Source: Eledone cirrhosa
Taxonomy: Eukaryota
Assembly (NCBI GenBank): GCA_964016885.1
Contig: OZ024751.1
Span: 5,952,001 to 6,016,000, forward strand
Reading direction: 5' to 3'
Length of the DNA: 64,000 nucleotides
The notes beneath the pieces were generated by a model. That model was not told where the DNA came from and searched no databases. It saw only the letters and a program-made list of their open reading frames with translations. Below, one piece after another: positions 13,138 through 29,097 of this stretch; the first letter of the stretch is position 1; every line of letters begins with the position of its first letter. Position numbers and translations under genes: made by a program.

Positions 13138-13935
13138 AATGTATATATATATATGTACTTACGTACTCACGTACATTTATATCTACCTATCTACCTATCT
13201 ACATACATACGTACTTATATACGTAGATATATACATGCATACCCATATACATGTTTATATACGTACATACATTCTTAGATACATACTTACATCGGTACTC
13301 CTATACATACATTCGTGCACATATGCATACATATATGCGTACTTACATACATACACAATACATAGAAACATACTTGCATACATACATATACTTTCATTCA
13401 TGCGTACCTACATACATACATTCATACATGCACACATACATACATACATACATACATAGACAATACATACATAGGAGGGTGGGCTGGACAATTAACCCGG
13501 AATTGTTGGAGTGATTCTAGTCCTGTAAAATCTTGCATGCATTCATTTCCACTCTTCTCATTTATAACTGCATTGGTTCTTTCCCGTGACTATGTTTCGA
13601 GATACACCACATTTGTTCATTCCATGAGAGTATCTTAGTCAGCTTATGAACATTTTAGCAGACCCTGGGACATACATATATTCATACATGCATGCATACA
13701 TATATAAATACATGCATACTTACATACATGCTTACATATATAGACATATATAGATATATATATATATACATACATACATAAATTCATGTATATATACATA
13801 CATACACACATATATGTCTACATATGCATCCCTACATACATGCATTCTTATTCGCATACATACATGCATAAATGCATACATACATCCATAGATACATACA
13901 AGCCTACCTCAATACATATTTCAGAAAAAACTCGC

Positions 13936-13976
<41 letters not shown>

Positions 13977-14759
13977 TGTGTGTGTGTGCGTGCGTGTGTG
14001 TGTGTGGAGGTCCATATGAAACACATTTATTCAACGTCTGCTTCCTCAATTTATTTTGTAGAATTATAACTATCAGAATTGTGGCCAAGTACCTTTGATA
14101 TGTGCATACGTGACTTGGATTCAAATGAAACTTCAATACAATTCAATAAGAATACTGTCTAAAGTCACGTTTCTACGTGCAAACCTCAGTTGTTGTAGTT
14201 GTGTTTTATTTTTTCTTCATACAGGAATTACAATCGCTTGAATGGAAATATAGTGCACATACTAACATAGACAAAGAGTTACTGAAAACTGGCAACTTTA
14301 AAAAAGAAATAAAATTAAATTATTATAACAGAGATATTTCGGAAGCTATTTCTTATATGAAATTGTGATGATTGATAGAATTCACCTTATTGATATATTC
14401 TCTTGGCGAAATCTTATAAATATATGGTAGTATAGAATATACTTCAATGTGAGTTAGTGCTATTAATGTGATCTCTATTAGTTATGAGAAAAAATGGGAT
14501 TAAATAAGGAAACATTTTGTTGAAGTAGTCATTTCATATCTTAGGTAAGAAATTCTCAGGAGAGCCGTACAGCAGAAATCCCCCTTCATGCGGGTGTGTT
14601 CGGATCTTAACTTTTTACACGAAATATGAAAATCAACGTCATAATTTTCATCGGTCAAAGTTTTGATGCTGTTCCCATCGTCCAACACCTATATGATATT
14701 GGTTTCTGATTTAGACAGAAAGTCAATAATTTTGGGGGAGTAAAAAGTCGATGAAATTG

Positions 14760-14995
14760 TCACCAATACGTTACTGTTGCTTTATTTTATCGACCCAGTA
14801 GAGATGAAAGGCAAAGTTAACTTCTAATGTCCAAACAAACCTAAAAATGTTGGTAAACACTTCATAAGGCTGTAAAATGGTAGAGACTTTAGAACGTCGG
14901 ATAGAGTACGTTATGGCTCTCTGATCTCTGAGTTCAAATCCCACTGAGGTCAACTTTGCCTTTCAGCCTTTCGAAATCGATAAAATAAATACCAA
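14760..14995. mobile_element. Two partial tRNA-derived SINE copies in opposite orientation
   Basis: GATGAAAGGCAAAGTTAAC (minus copy) and GAGTTCAAATCCCACTGAGGTCAACTTTGCCTTTCA (plus copy). Confidence 0.7.
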
Positions 14996-15399
14996 TCTAC
15001 CAGTCTCACTTTCTTTCCCTCACTTTTTATCATTCTCTTGAAGAAATCTACTCTACACAAGCCTGGAGAGAAATGGGCTCCAAGAACGGTCGTATGTCGC
15101 TACTGCGACCATCCGAGTCCATTATAAATTACGGGACCATGCATGCATACAAATATCTCATAATTGCTTAAAGATTCGCAAACGAAACGATACAATTGTC
15201 AGAACTATCGTCGGAGAAATTGCTTTATGGCGTCTTGTTACAACTCATTACGCTCTGAGTTCATATCCCGCCGTGATCAGCTTAGCCGTTAATCTTTCTA
15301 GAGTCGATAGGTTTACAGCCACAAACAAGACACAAGACAGGGTTTTATAATAGGATTGTTTTGTCTCATAATTTGTAATGTGGTGTGGTAAATAAACAT

Positions 15400-15665
15400 A
15401 TACACTACGTCGGAACACAATGAAACCAAACTCCCACTGTCACTGTCGCCGTCTCTTCCGATCTCTCACTAGTATAAGCAAATTGGGGTCCACGCATTGA
15501 CGTTACCCCGGAAGACGGTGAGGGGAACGCGTTGGAAGAGCCTTTCCAACTCGCGAGGCTCACACGGGATGCCAAATCTGTGCCAATGGTGGCAAGTAGG
15601 GAGGTTGTCGTGGGATCAAGGACGCCAGAAGTCTGGAGAAGTAGCGATAATGGACAGATGTTGTT
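15400..15665 (-). mobile_element. Second CRE-like RLE 3' fragment
   Basis: QTSGVLDPTTTSLLATIG... is homologous to 9655-9860. Confidence 0.55.
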
Positions 15666-16049
15666 ATAATTGACTTTCCACCTGCTCAGAATTGTTGGCC
15701 TTGGGGCTACTTTGGAAATCATTACCAATATTGAAATACATATAAAAATAACCGAAAAATTTAAATATGAAAAATACATTTTTTCTAGTTCATATATGTG
15801 AGAACAGCTGAAAATACGCGTATATTATAAAATATCGTGCAAGGAATAACAGCTTTATATCACATATACACACACATATACGCACACACATATAGAAATG
15901 TATATATATATATATAATATATATATATGTATACACATATGTATATATATATATATAACGAAGGAAATGTGGTAAGGAACCAGGTGGTTCATAACGCACC
16001 AAAGTACTCAATACTTGAGATAGTAGAGTGGGTAATAGGAACCAGTAAG

Positions 16050-16143
16050 ACCCCGACAGCTGAGCTCAAGCCGTTTCGACGGCTAATTCTGGACTAAATG
16101 AAAATTTATCCTGGTATTTAAATAGCCGACCTTCTCAAGGGGT
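16050..16143 (-). ncRNA. Type I hammerhead ribozyme, U3-A8 core variant, GUC cleavage site
   Basis: Minus strand: ACCCC-TTGAGAA-g-GtCGGCTA-(loop)-TAGCCGtC-GAAA-CGGC-ttgagctca-GCTG-TC-GGGGT. All three stems pair. Confidence 0.85.
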
Positions 16144-16314
16144 AATTCCATATATGGTCAAAGTGATTGTCAAAAATCAGTAGTAATTCTGTGGTTGCAA
16201 ATTAGTAGGGGAGATGGTGGCTAAACCTGCCAGTAGGTATATATATATATATACATATATACATATAAATATATATATATATGTACATATATATATATAT
16301 AAATATATATATAT

Positions 16315-17690
16315 ACTAGCAGTAAAGCCTGGCGTTGCTCGGGGCTGCTCAGTAGCTGTGTTAAAGTTACAATGTTAAGTTCCTTGGCTTAAAGACTGTA
16401 GACTTTCATGTGGTACTTTTGATAAATATTCCCTCAACCAACAGTATGCCTTATGAAGTTAAGAAAACATAACCATAACCCAAATTTTAAAACAATGGAT
16501 GCTGGGGATAAAAACTCCACTGGTAATCTAATAACAAAAATCAAAAATGTAAACACTGCAACACTTGTCTCAGAAAAAAACATCAGCGTAACCAAACTAT
16601 CAGTTATTTTGAAACAAAGAAATTGGATGGACATGAAAAAAAAAAAAAATGCAATTTCATCGCCTATCACCTCTCTGCACGACTGACTGTCTGCAAAACT
16701 TTATCGCCTATATCACCTCTCTGCACGACTGTCTGTCTGCACAAATTTATCGCCTATAGCAGTAAAGCCCGGCGTTGCTCGGGGCTGCTCAGTAGCTTTC
16801 TTAAAGTTACAATGTTTCACATTCATCTGTAGAACAAACGTAGCCCATGTTTTAAGTTTTGTGAAAATCGGTTGCGAACTCTCGAAGTTATGACGTTTTG
16901 TTGCATTGCACTGCAGTGCTTCAGTCGACTCCAAGGAAGTGGTTAGAGGCAGGCCGTATATTCAATATCTGGAAAAATGAAAGTGCCTATGACCATCCGG
17001 AGAACATAAGTAATCTATGTCTTAAGTTTGGTGAAAATACTGTAGAAATGCATAAGGTTTACACACACACACGCGCGCGCGCGCGCGCGCGCGTGTGTAT
17101 GTATTTGTGTGTGCGTATGTATATGTATCTGTATGCCCGTCGGCGCATACGTATGTACTGGCTGAAATCTTCACTATTTACTTTTAGGCCAAGTTAAAAT
17201 CCCATGGGGGTTAACTTTGCCTTTCATCCTTACGGGTTGATAAAATAAAGTGCCAGAAATGTACTGGGTAATTGCTAGCCTTGTGCCAAAAGTAGAAACA
17301 ACTATTTTAATAACCTCTGTCATTTTCGTTTAGAATTTTATTTACATCATTCTTAAACTCCGAGGCTGGAAATCATTCGCTTATTTTAAATAGAATATTA
17401 GTCTAACGACTCCATTTATACCATAAATTTGGTCTCGTCTTTGCATGAAATTGTTCTTTTCGGTCCATAAAACGACGTATTATCCTCGATTTTTTCCCCG
17501 TTCATTACCAGGGAATGTCTTCACGAACCAAAATATCGTCTTTCTGTTTTCCTTCGGTTGCAATGTTTCTCAAAATATGTAATTCTGCGTTCACATATTG
17601 AATTTTTTAGTTTAAGAAAATCCCGTTAATGTTGAAAGCAGCGATTTTTTGCTTAAACTTTCTTTCGCAACCTCTCTCCTGTTTTACTCA

Positions 17691-17759
<69 letters not shown>

Positions 17760-18297
17760 ATACCCCCTCTCTCTCTCTTCCTCTACAGAATGGAGAACAA
17801 TAAAGAACGCACATATCTCTCTTTCTCTCTCTCTATCTCTCTCTCTCTCTGTCTGTATCTATATATGTGTTTGTGTGTGTGTGTGTATGAACCAGCGTTC
17901 GTCGCCATTATCTCTCTCATCTCTCTCTCTCACTCTATCTGATTATATTGTACCTCTCTCTGTATAACGACCTATCTCACTCTCTCTATCTTCATCTCCC
18001 TTTCTCTCTTTAGATGTATATGTATATGTCTGTGTGATATATATATAGAGAGAGTTGCAACATGTATGTAGTTTCATAGATTATTTAGGGTAGTTGAGGG
18101 GTTACAGCATTTATTTAGTTTTATCGATTTTTTTTCATAGAAGCAGGACATTTTTGGCAAAGTTTATTGCGCTTTGACCATCCTTAGTAAATTTGGAGCA
18201 CATTGGAAAGAAAATCATCAAAATCGGTAGAGAAATCTGGAAGTGCATAACAATCATACACAAAGACATACATCTTCCGTTTTATATATATAGAGAT
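16315..18297 (+). mobile_element. Non-autonomous Helitron/Helentron-like (Lep1-style) element with duplicated 5' end and nested SINE
   Basis: Starts ACTAGCAGTAAAGCC(T/C)GGCGTTGCTCGGG, repeated at about 16757. Ends ...AAAATCGGT...ACATACATCTTCCGTTTTATATATATAGAGAT. Assignment rests on terminal motif style only. Confidence 0.5.
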
Positions 18298-18318
18298 AAT
18301 GTATATAAATATACATAT

Positions 18319-18349
<31 letters not shown>

Positions 18350-18369
18350 CATATAATGTATATAGATAT

Positions 18370-19130
<761 letters not shown>

Positions 19131-19343
19131 ATATTTGGGGAGGGTCATATTTGCGTAATATTGCCAGAATTAATAGAGGAACACACTCACTGTTTGGTTG
19201 GTTTTCGCTTCTCGCTGTCTTTTATATATATATATCTGCGATCTAACTTACTCGGTCCTCAATGTTGCCATTGACTGACCGGCGGTCAAAAATAATACAG
19301 ATACAATATAGACAAACACATATATATATAGTTTACATAATTT

Positions 19344-19384
19344 ACATAAATCTTTCGTTGCACATCTGCAACATCGTCAGTGGT
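19344..19384 (-). ncRNA. Minimal hammerhead motif upstream of the shared 3' module
   Basis: Minus strand: acCA-CTGACGA-t-GTTGCA-gatg-TGCAAC-GAAA-GATT-TA-TGt. Perfect 6-bp stem II, eroded stem I. Confidence 0.72.
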
Positions 19385-19436
19385 GTTATATTCATTGTTC
19401 CTCCTGTTGTGTTGTATGTCTACGCCATTTTTTTTT

Positions 19437-19500
19437 GTGTCAGCATTTTCTATTCCGTTTACTAATATATAATAACTTGTGTGTTACACCTCTATTCTTT

Positions 19501-19546
<46 letters not shown>

Positions 19547-20182
19547 AAAGAATAGAGGTGTAACACACAAGTTATTATATATTAGTAAACGGAATAGAAA
19601 ATGCTGACAAATTGTTCACAGTTGAAATATGGTTTAATTAGGAATAAAAGAGTATTAGTGATTGTATGGGTTAGTATTCAGTTGTGGTTTTAAGTCTTTA
19701 AGTTTTTACCGGTTGCGCATTTCTAAATGCTTTTCAAAAATAATTTTGAGATAGAGTGTCCGTGTTGTTTGCTCTGATCTGATTAGTTTTGGGAATTCTA
19801 CCTGTTTTTATGTTAAAAAAGTGGCTCCAGCGGTACTTTGGTGTTGCAAAAATTCTTGTGGTCAAAACAATTTTGATTGGTCGGTAGAGGTCATGTGAAT
19901 GTAAAAAATTGATTTTGCGCCGAGACTGTTTTTATGTTAAGAAAGTGGCTCAAGCGTTATTTGATGTTTGCAAAAATTCTTGTGGTCAAAACAATTTTGA
20001 TTGGTCGGTAGAGGTCATGTGAATAAAAAATTGGTTTTGCGCCAAGATTGAGAAATGACTCTTTCACAGCAAATATGTGTGTGTGTGTAGTAGTAGAAAG
20101 GTGTTCGATGTTGTGATAATGGTTAGCAGGGATGTGTGTCACATGGCTATTAAGATAAGTGTGTGTGTGTGTGCGTGTGTGT

Positions 20183-20269
<87 letters not shown>

Positions 20270-21189
20270 GCAGAGTAATTCGTGGTAGCAGGGATGGTCA
20301 GTAAGAATGTGTCTGAAAGCAATGGGGGGTATTTTAGCATGTCAAAAGATATTTTTCAGCTTTTGTCTTATACGGAGAAGTGCATGTGTGTGTGTGTGTA
20401 TGTATAAGTCTCTTTGTATGTTAATGTACGCGTGTGTATGTGTGTGTGTATATATGTGTGGGGGGGGGACCAGTATTTTTTCCCCCTGGTAAAATGGTGT
20501 ACATTATTCGATTTTTTCAGTAAAATCGGTTCTCTTAATAGAACATCAACGATCTTAACAATAAAAGGTGTGAAATGAGATTCACTACATATATATACAC
20601 ATACATATATTCACTATATATATATATATATATATACATATATATACACATATATTTTTCTGTGTTGCACCATAGAGCATGTGTGTTTACGTATGTCATT
20701 GTGTTTATATGTGGGTGGAGATGTGTGCTGATGTTGCTTGGCGCAAAACCAATTTTTTATTCACATGACCTCTACCGACCAATCAAAATTGTTTTGACCA
20801 CAAGAATTTTTGCAAACACCAAATAACGCTGGGGCCACTTTTTTAACATAAAAACAGTCTTGGCGCAAAATCAATTTTTTACATTCACATGACCTCTACT
20901 GACCAATCAAAATTGTTTTGACCACAAGAATTTTTGCAACACCAAAGTAACGCTGGAGCCACTTTTTTAACATAAAAACAGGTAGAATTCCCAAAACTAA
21001 TCAGATCAGAGCAAACAACACGGACACTCTATCACAAAATTATTTTTGAAAAGCATTTAGAAATGCGCAACCGGTAAAAACTTAAAACCACAACTGAATA
21101 CTAACCCATACAATCACTAATACTCTTTTATTCCTAATTAAACCATTTTTCAACTGTGAACAATTTGTCAGCATTTTCTACTCCGTTTA

Positions 21190-21195
<6 letters not shown>
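19437..21195. repeat. Foldback element with about 480-bp arms (19563-20047 / 20737-21195), internal about 120-bp tandem duplication, plus a tail-to-tail short copy at 19437-19505
   Basis: Arms are near-identical reverse complements. Same family as 48491-48921. Confidence 0.9.
21043..21079 (+). ncRNA. Variant minimal hammerhead (U3-A8 core, GCAA instead of GAAA); copies at 19704-19740(-), 48613-48649(-), 48724-48760(+)
   Basis: TTT-TTGAAAA-GCATT-taga-AATGC-GCAA-CCGG-TA-AAA, identical in four copies. Confidence 0.55.
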
Positions 21196-21284
<89 letters not shown>

Positions 21285-21288
<4 letters not shown>

Positions 21289-21620
21289 ATGTATATATAA
21301 TGTATTTTGCAATACACTTTATGCTTAATTAAAAGCATTTTGATTTCTGCCTGACCAACAACCCCTCTGCATAATCAGCTTCTGATTATTTACTAGATGT
21401 CTATAAGAATATAACATCAATGATCTCAGTAAACAGGTGGGGTAGTTGGCCTTGATAAGCTTCAACCAAAGCGAAACAAGACTTGTCGGCTTATCTCCCC
21501 TGTTTGCTGAGATCAAAGTGAGTGAATTTGTCACTACTTTAAAACAATAGCTTACGGTTTTCAAAATGATTTTAATTAAGCATATAGTGTATTGCAAAAT
21601 ACATTATATATACATCCATA
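21285..21620. repeat. Small foldback element (about 55-60-bp arms) enclosing an HHR, in TA repeats
   Basis: ATGGATGTATATATAATGTATTTTGCAATACAC... versus ...GTGTATTGCAAAATACATTATATATACATCCAT. Confidence 0.88.
21448..21491 (+). ncRNA. Type I hammerhead ribozyme, U3-A8 core variant, GUC site
   Basis: GGCC-TTGATAA-GCTT-caacca-AAGC-GAAA-CAAG-a-CTTG-TC-GGCT. Confidence 0.82.
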
Positions 21621-21651
21621 TATATATTGCTATTTCAGAGCTCCAATTCTA

Positions 21652-21686
<35 letters not shown>

Positions 21687-21689
21687 GTT

Positions 21690-22415
21690 TAAAGAAAACG
21701 AAAAATCAGTGATGCATCCGGACTCAATTTATTGCGTGTCACAATTGTTTCGCCGACAGGTAGCTCAAGGCATCGTCCCAGTATGGATCTGGCTGATTCT
21801 ACGGCTGCAGGTTCCGTCAGACACGGGTAGTTCGTTCGGAGCAAATTTTATCACTGGGGTGTTATCAGCAAAAAACACCCTCAAAAAAACCTCTTCCACT
21901 CTTGTCATGCCATTGGCTGTTGTTACTCCACGTCATCTTAAGTTATGGTCACTATTTACTGCTACACGGGTCATCGACCATTTTCCGTCCGACACACTTC
22001 AATGGAGTTCGGTATCTCACACGTATGTTCACACTCAAGAGCATGCACCCACACATACAAATACACACACACACATATACACACAGGCAGACACAGAGAC
22101 ATGCGTGCATACACATATGTACGCATACATGCGCAGACCCCCCCCCCACACACACACATATATATATACACACACACACACTCTCCCTCACTTCCACAGA
22201 CCCATGCACACCCACTTCTAGATACAGACCGCCACAAGCCTATTAACGCCTGCTTAAGTCGCGCCATATATCCGGTCCGCTAAGCACGGCTCACGCAAAC
22301 ATACACATATACACACACATACGCGCGCACACATACCTACGCACAACCTTATATACATTTATATATACTCATACACACACATATACATACACACACACAC
22401 ACATATACATATATT

Positions 22416-22457
<42 letters not shown>

Positions 22458-22551
22458 TACCTATATATATATTTATATATATATACACATACATGCACAC
22501 ACATACATACAAAATACACATACGTACACAACATTACATACACACATACAT

Positions 22552-22602
<51 letters not shown>

Positions 22603-25600
22603 AAAAAACACTACATGCATACGCACACCCACACATATACATACATATATATATTCAGACATATATACATCTACACATACATACGCACACGGACTGCCAC
22701 ATGCAGATACCTGCACATGTTTCCACATACATATATAAACAAAACCGTAAATTAAAAATACATTATATAATAAAAAACACAATATACCATAAAATAACGG
22801 TAAAAAACATAAAATAAAATATCAATATAGTATACAATATAATATATATATATATACACATGCACACACATTCATACATACGTATACAGATATATACAAT
22901 CGATATATGATAACATAATAAAAATAATAGTAATAATAGTAATAACATGTATATATATTTCATATATAATCATGCGTACACATTCCTGTGAGATGTACTT
23001 AAACATATACATGTATACACAAATACACATACACATATATAGAGGCCCACATATACATATACCCGCACCCACACACATATATACATATACATACACATAC
23101 GCACCAACATACATACACATACTCATACGTGCATACACACACACATATATACATATATTTATATATACATATATATCCACACACTCTGCCGAATACGTAC
23201 ATACATGTACATGCATGCACACACACGCGCTCATAAGCTCATGCATATACGTACACCTGCCCATATACACACCCCCATACACACCCACGTATATATATAT
23301 ATATCTATATACACACACACATATACGTACGAACAGGTGAACACATAAAAACACCCAAATATAAACCCAATAGGATAATAAAATAAAATAAATAAATTTA
23401 CAATATTTTAGGATACATTAAAATCTGTATGTAACTTCACAAATAGATACATAAAAAAGGGGTCAATAAAACTCGTTGGGTAAGGAGAGAGTGCGTGTAT
23501 CCATGTGATATACTACAAACATATAGTATGAGGTGCAAACTTTGGTCCGTATATAGAACAAGTAACAGTAACTGAACAATAATAGAACAATAATGACTAA
23601 TAATCATTGTTCCAAAGTGGAACATGTGGAGAGTATATAGTCACGATTGACGAGGTACACATTCAAGGGGACGCCCGGCCCGGTCGCCATGGGTCATGGC
23701 ACCGTGGCTGGGGTGTGCTTTTCTACATTGGGGTTTCGGACCGAGCGGCCGTGGGACCCGTGTGAGCCGGGCCCGGCCCAGGCGATGTATCTGCCCAATG
23801 TTATGTGCTCGGTCAGGTGGGCCCCTGGTTTACATATGTTCGCCTCACAGGTCGCTCAATGTCATCGGGACATGGCGTCAGGTCCCCTAATCTCGTTGGG
23901 CCGTTCGGGTCAAGCGTAACCGTTCCCATGCCTCCGGCCTGCGCCACCCAGAGGATTCCATGCTGCAAATGTGCATCTCCTCTGGTGTCTGCAGGTCATG
24001 ATAATTTCAGACTTCAGGTTGACCGCGTCATCTTTCAGTCTGACTATCTCCATGGCCTCGTGTAGGCATAATCGGCACGTTCTACTTCCGGCCAAATATG
24101 CCCTTGCATGACGTACGATACTCCAGTCAAGGGCGTACGGAGTACCTTGGTCTTTCAGGTACCACATCAGGTCCGCTAACCTAGTGGAGTGCCTTTTGCT
24201 ACGGTCCCTGAAGGAATTCGTGCGATTATACATCCGCGATTTAAAAGTCATGGATGTTGCGCCGATGTAGGTGCGATGCGCGTTTTGGGTTGTAACCACA
24301 CACTTGTATATTAGGTCCTTCATCATGCATTTTCCCTATAGGGGCACTGGGTGCCCGCTCTGCAGTTACAAGTTCTGTTGTCAGTTGTTACGCATCCGAT
24401 GTCCGGGCCTCGATCTGTTATAGCCTTCTCAAGGTTCTCAAGGTGTTGTTCCGCCGACACGTTGTCTCCCCCATGCCACTATTTCCCTCTCGGCGTTGGA
24501 CCACATCACCCACCGCGGGCGCTCTGGTCGCCTTGGGGGCCGGGTTGTCATTTTAGGGCCGGTCACTGGGTGGTTCTCCGCGCTCCGAAAGACGGTCATT
24601 CTGTCGCCGCGGTCGACGGCCAGTGTGCACCATCTTCACCGCGTTAGTTTTAGCCATGTAGTCGGCCATGTTAGGTGCTGTGGAGAAGGAAAACTTCACT
24701 GTGTGGCGGTTAAAGACTTTGTGGTACTTGTTCGTCGGCGGAAAGCACTCGTCCAACGCTCGGAAAAATGCCCTGGCACGTTGGTGCGCACTTGTTTGGA
24801 GTAAGGCGCATTAAACCAAGTAACGGCCTTATATCTGTTCCTTCGTGTGCGTGGATTCTTGTTGGTGTGTCCTGGACCCGATGTTCGTGCTGTGCTCCGC
24901 CCAACCACAATTACATCCCGTGTGTTGTCTCTATCTATTTGCCCGCTATGGGCGTCAGGGTTATGCCCTACAGTTATAAAGTTACGTCGTTCTATGTGGT
25001 CAGCTATACATCTATTCCCCTTAGGTCTATGTGATGCTGCTGTCGGTGCTGTACCACTACAACCAGACTGGGCGTGCTCCCTGACGTGTGCCCAGTCCGT
25101 ATTTGTCGATGTCCTGTCCCTGGTCCCAGTTGCCGCGCAGCATGCAGTGTGCGTGCCAGGCCCATGCCCCCGCGTACTGGGTGGTCTGGCTCTTAAGGGT
25201 GCCTTTGTCCTACCTCCGGTCGGTCCTGCGTCATTAATGTTAGTTGTGTTGCTATTTGTCTTCCTAGATACTGCTACCGGGTCATTTCTACTACCTAAGG
25301 AGGCGCCCCCGCTATTGGCATTTCTGCACGCCTCATCACTTGGCACTTCTCTGTCCGGTGTATATAGTATGGTGTCTGTGTAACCGGCCCTGCGCAGTGC
25401 CTCATTATAATATTCTGCGCGCTGTTTAAACACATCTGCGTCCGACGACAGGGTGAATACGCGTTTGGATACCCCTTTAACTATGGCCTCTATGACTGTC
25501 TTAGGGTGATTTGATTGCCTGTTCACATATTGGAGGTTTTCGTTGGGCTTATGATGGATGCCCGTATTCATTTCCAAGGTAACGTCCAGGAAATTGACCG

Positions 25601-26062
25601 ACTTAGTGCTAGGATCTATTGTCACGGATAAGCCGTGTTGTTTAAAAAAATGCGATATGCGCTTCCTCATACGCTCCATCTGACTGGAGTTAAGGGAACG
25701 GGAGGTGAAAAGTGCGTCGTGTCTGTATATTCCACCTCCGATCCCCGGGATCTCCTCCGTTAGCCTATGGATGAGATATATCCCCACAAGGACGGTCACC
25801 TACGCCGAGTCACTCGACCCCATGGTGATATCGAAACTGTCGGGTCTGTCCATCCTCTCCCATAACTTGTCTTCGAATCTAATTAGCGTCTTTCTGGCTG
25901 CTACTATGAGGTTGGTCTCGTCCCTAGTGAGGCTAGATCTGAACATGGCGCTTATGAGGGCCTTATTGACTAGTATCGGAGATACTGACTTGTAGTAGTT
26001 ATCTATGTCTAACTGAATAAAATTTACTTGTTCCTTCAGGGACCGTAGGAAAAGGCACCCCA
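21690..26062 (-). mobile_element. Naiad-type Penelope-like element, 5'-truncated, decayed, long microsatellite-rich 3' UTR
   Basis: RT remnants FIQLDIDNYY, FDITMGSSDSA, GIYRHDAL, VNFLDVTL, HKPNENLQYVNRQSNHP, WFNAPYS. Linker CNC-x5-CP. GIY-YIG LIYKCVV...YIGAT...CRLCLHE. Confidence 0.88.
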
Positions 26063-27024
26063 CTAGGTTAGCGGACCTGGTGTGGGACCTGAAAGACTAA
26101 GGCACTCCGTACGCCCTGGAATGGAGTATCGTTCGCCATGCGAGGGCATATTCGGCCGGAAGTAGAAAGTGCCGATTATGCCTACACGAGGTCATGGAGA
26201 TAGTCATATTGAAAGATGACGCAGTCAACCTGAAGTCTGAAATTATCATGACTTGCAGACAGCAGAGGAGATGCACATTTGCAGCATGGAATCCTCCGGG
26301 TGGCGCAGGCGGGGGGCATGGGAACGGGTACGCACAGACCCGAACGGCCCAACGGGATCAGGGGACCTGACGACATGCCACGATGACATTGTGCGACCTG
26401 TGAGGCAAACATATGTAAACCAGGGGCACCGGACCGAGCACACAACATTGGGCAGATACATCGCTCGGGCCGGGCCCGGCTAACACGGGGCCCACGGCCG
26501 CCCGGACCGATACCCCAGATATATAGAAAAGCACACCCCAGCCACGGTACCATGCCCTATGGCGATCGGGCCGGGCGTCCCCTTGAATGTGTACCTCGCC
26601 AATCGTGACTATATACTCTCCACATGTTCCACTTTGGAACAATGATTATTACTGTCATTATTGTTCTATTATTTGTCAGTTACTGTTACTTGTTCTACAT
26701 ACGGACCCAAGTTTTCACCTCATACTACCTGTGTGTAGTATATCACATTGATACACGCAACTTCTCCTGACCCCCCCCCCCCCGTTTTATATTAACTCCT
26801 TTTTTATGTATCTATTTGTGTTTTTATGTGTGGACCTGTGCGTACGTATATGTATGTGTGTGTGTATGTAGATATATATATATATATATATATATACGTG
26901 GGTGTGTATGGGGGTGTGTATATGGGCATGTGTATGTATATGCATGAGCTTATGAGCGCGTGTGTGTGCATGCATGTACATGTACGTACGTATGCGGCAG
27001 AGTGTGTGGCTATATATGTATATA

Positions 27025-27116
<92 letters not shown>

Positions 27117-27511
27117 CGTATGCACGCATAGCTACGTATGAGTATGTGTGTGTATGTGGGTGTGTATGTGCATATATATACATGTGTGGGCGCGGGTGTA
27201 TGCATATATGGGCCTCTATATATGTGTATGAGTATTTGTGTATACATGTATATGTTTATGTACATCTCACAGGAATGTGTACGGATGATTATATATGGAT
27301 TATATATACATTATATTACCATTATTACTAATCCCGCCGAGGTTGACTTTGCCTTTCATCCTTACGGGGTCGATAAAATAAAGTACCAGTAATGCACTGG
27401 GTGATTGCTGGCCTTGTGCCTAAAGTAGAAACAATTATTACTATTATCTTTTTATTATTTTATCATATATCCATTGTATATATCCGTATACGTTTTTATG
27501 AATGTGTGTGC

Positions 27512-27583
<72 letters not shown>

Positions 27584-27932
27584 TATTGTATACTATTTTG
27601 ATATTTCATGTTATGTTATTTTACCGGTATTTTATGGTATATTGTTTTTGTTATTATATAATGTATTTTTATTTTACGGTTTTGTTTATATATGTATATG
27701 TGGAAGCACATGTGTGTGTGTAAGCAAATATGCATATGTGAAGGTGTCTGCATGTGGCAGTCCGTGTGCATATGTATGTGTAGACGTATATATGTCTGAA
27801 TGTATATATGTATGTATATGTTTGGGTGTGCGTATGCATGTAGTTTTTTTTGTATATATATATATATGTGTGTGTATGTATGTGTGTATGTAATCTTGTG
27901 TACGTATGTGTATTTTGTATGTCTGTGTGTGC

Positions 27933-27964
<32 letters not shown>

Positions 27965-27970
<6 letters not shown>

Positions 27971-28110
27971 TATCAACATATATTTATAAAACCAGATTTG
28001 TTTCATTATACATATTTCACGGAGACCAAAGCAAATTATGGTGCGCTTTCATCAGATAAAATATAATATAGATCAGTTTTTTAAACAAATATTGACATAC
28101 CCTTAAAGAA
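27965..28110 (-). repeat. Short repeat with HHR-like relic; opposite-orientation copy at 31933-32050
   Basis: Minus strand TTAT-CTGATGA-aagc...GAAA-TATGT-ATAA. Spacing is non-canonical. Confidence 0.45.
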
Positions 28111-28541
28111 TTCAACCATGTCGGTTGGAGGCTCCCGGATAGTGTGGTTACTAATTTTATTATTGGTCTATTATGCAAATTAGTGTCGGAGAGTTTTAAA
28201 TCCCAGTACATTTAAATTAAGCCGTTGGAATAGGTAAAAAAAGAAAACGAAAAAGAAAGAGCAAACCCAAAGAAGGAAAACAAAAGAAAGAGAAAGAGAG
28301 AAAACCCTAAGTGAGAGAGTGTTGTATTAACGTAATTTATGAGATGATGAAGCGAAAAAATAAATATATAGTGGATGAATTACGCGGAGTAAATAATGCG
28401 TGGATAAATAAATAAATAATAATAACCGGAGAATGTTATTTAATGTTTAAATTTGATTAAATGTTTAATTTATCAATTAAATATGTCAGTTAAATTATTG
28501 AGATCTATAAATTAAAAATTGAGATCTATATATTATTAAAA

Positions 28542-28597
<56 letters not shown>

Positions 28598-29097
28598 CCA
28601 CGTGTCTGTGGCGAAATCTAAAGCTACAACATACCCGCTCAGGCTAAAAACGAACGACTTGCTGAAGAAGGAAATCCTATGTTCTGTCGTAAAAAAAAAT
28701 TATATTGCAGATTCCTGCAATCGGAATTTGTCGATCTTGGATTTCCAGACACTTAGCGCTGATGTTGGGTGCTGTATGTGATGTATATTGTGTGATATAC
28801 GATGTGCATTATATATTTTGCATTCAGCCTCACCGCTCTGTCCGGGTCAGTATAAAATCTTTTCCTGGGTCCTGTATTTTCGTTGCTCTAGTGATGCGGC
28901 TGGACTGCCGACAGCTATATCTGATTAGCTAAGCTGTTTGAACGTATTGTTATTACTCTGGGGTCCTTTTCCCCATCTGAGTGCTAAAGCTACAGACCGA
29001 TTCTGCATTCGTTAGCTTGGCCGTGTTCTAAAGCTTCGTTAATGCTGTACTAAAATGTTTATATATACATATATATATTATTTTAAAATATTATTAA

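Noticed and set aside
13588-13642. HHR-like relic on the minus strand (CTGACTA, 6-bp stem II, GAAA...TC)
   Set aside because: G8 is changed without compensation and there is no stem I; counted only as a possible relic.
28662-28690. CTGAAGA-AGGA-aa-TCCT
   Set aside because: No GAAA after the hairpin and no closing stems.
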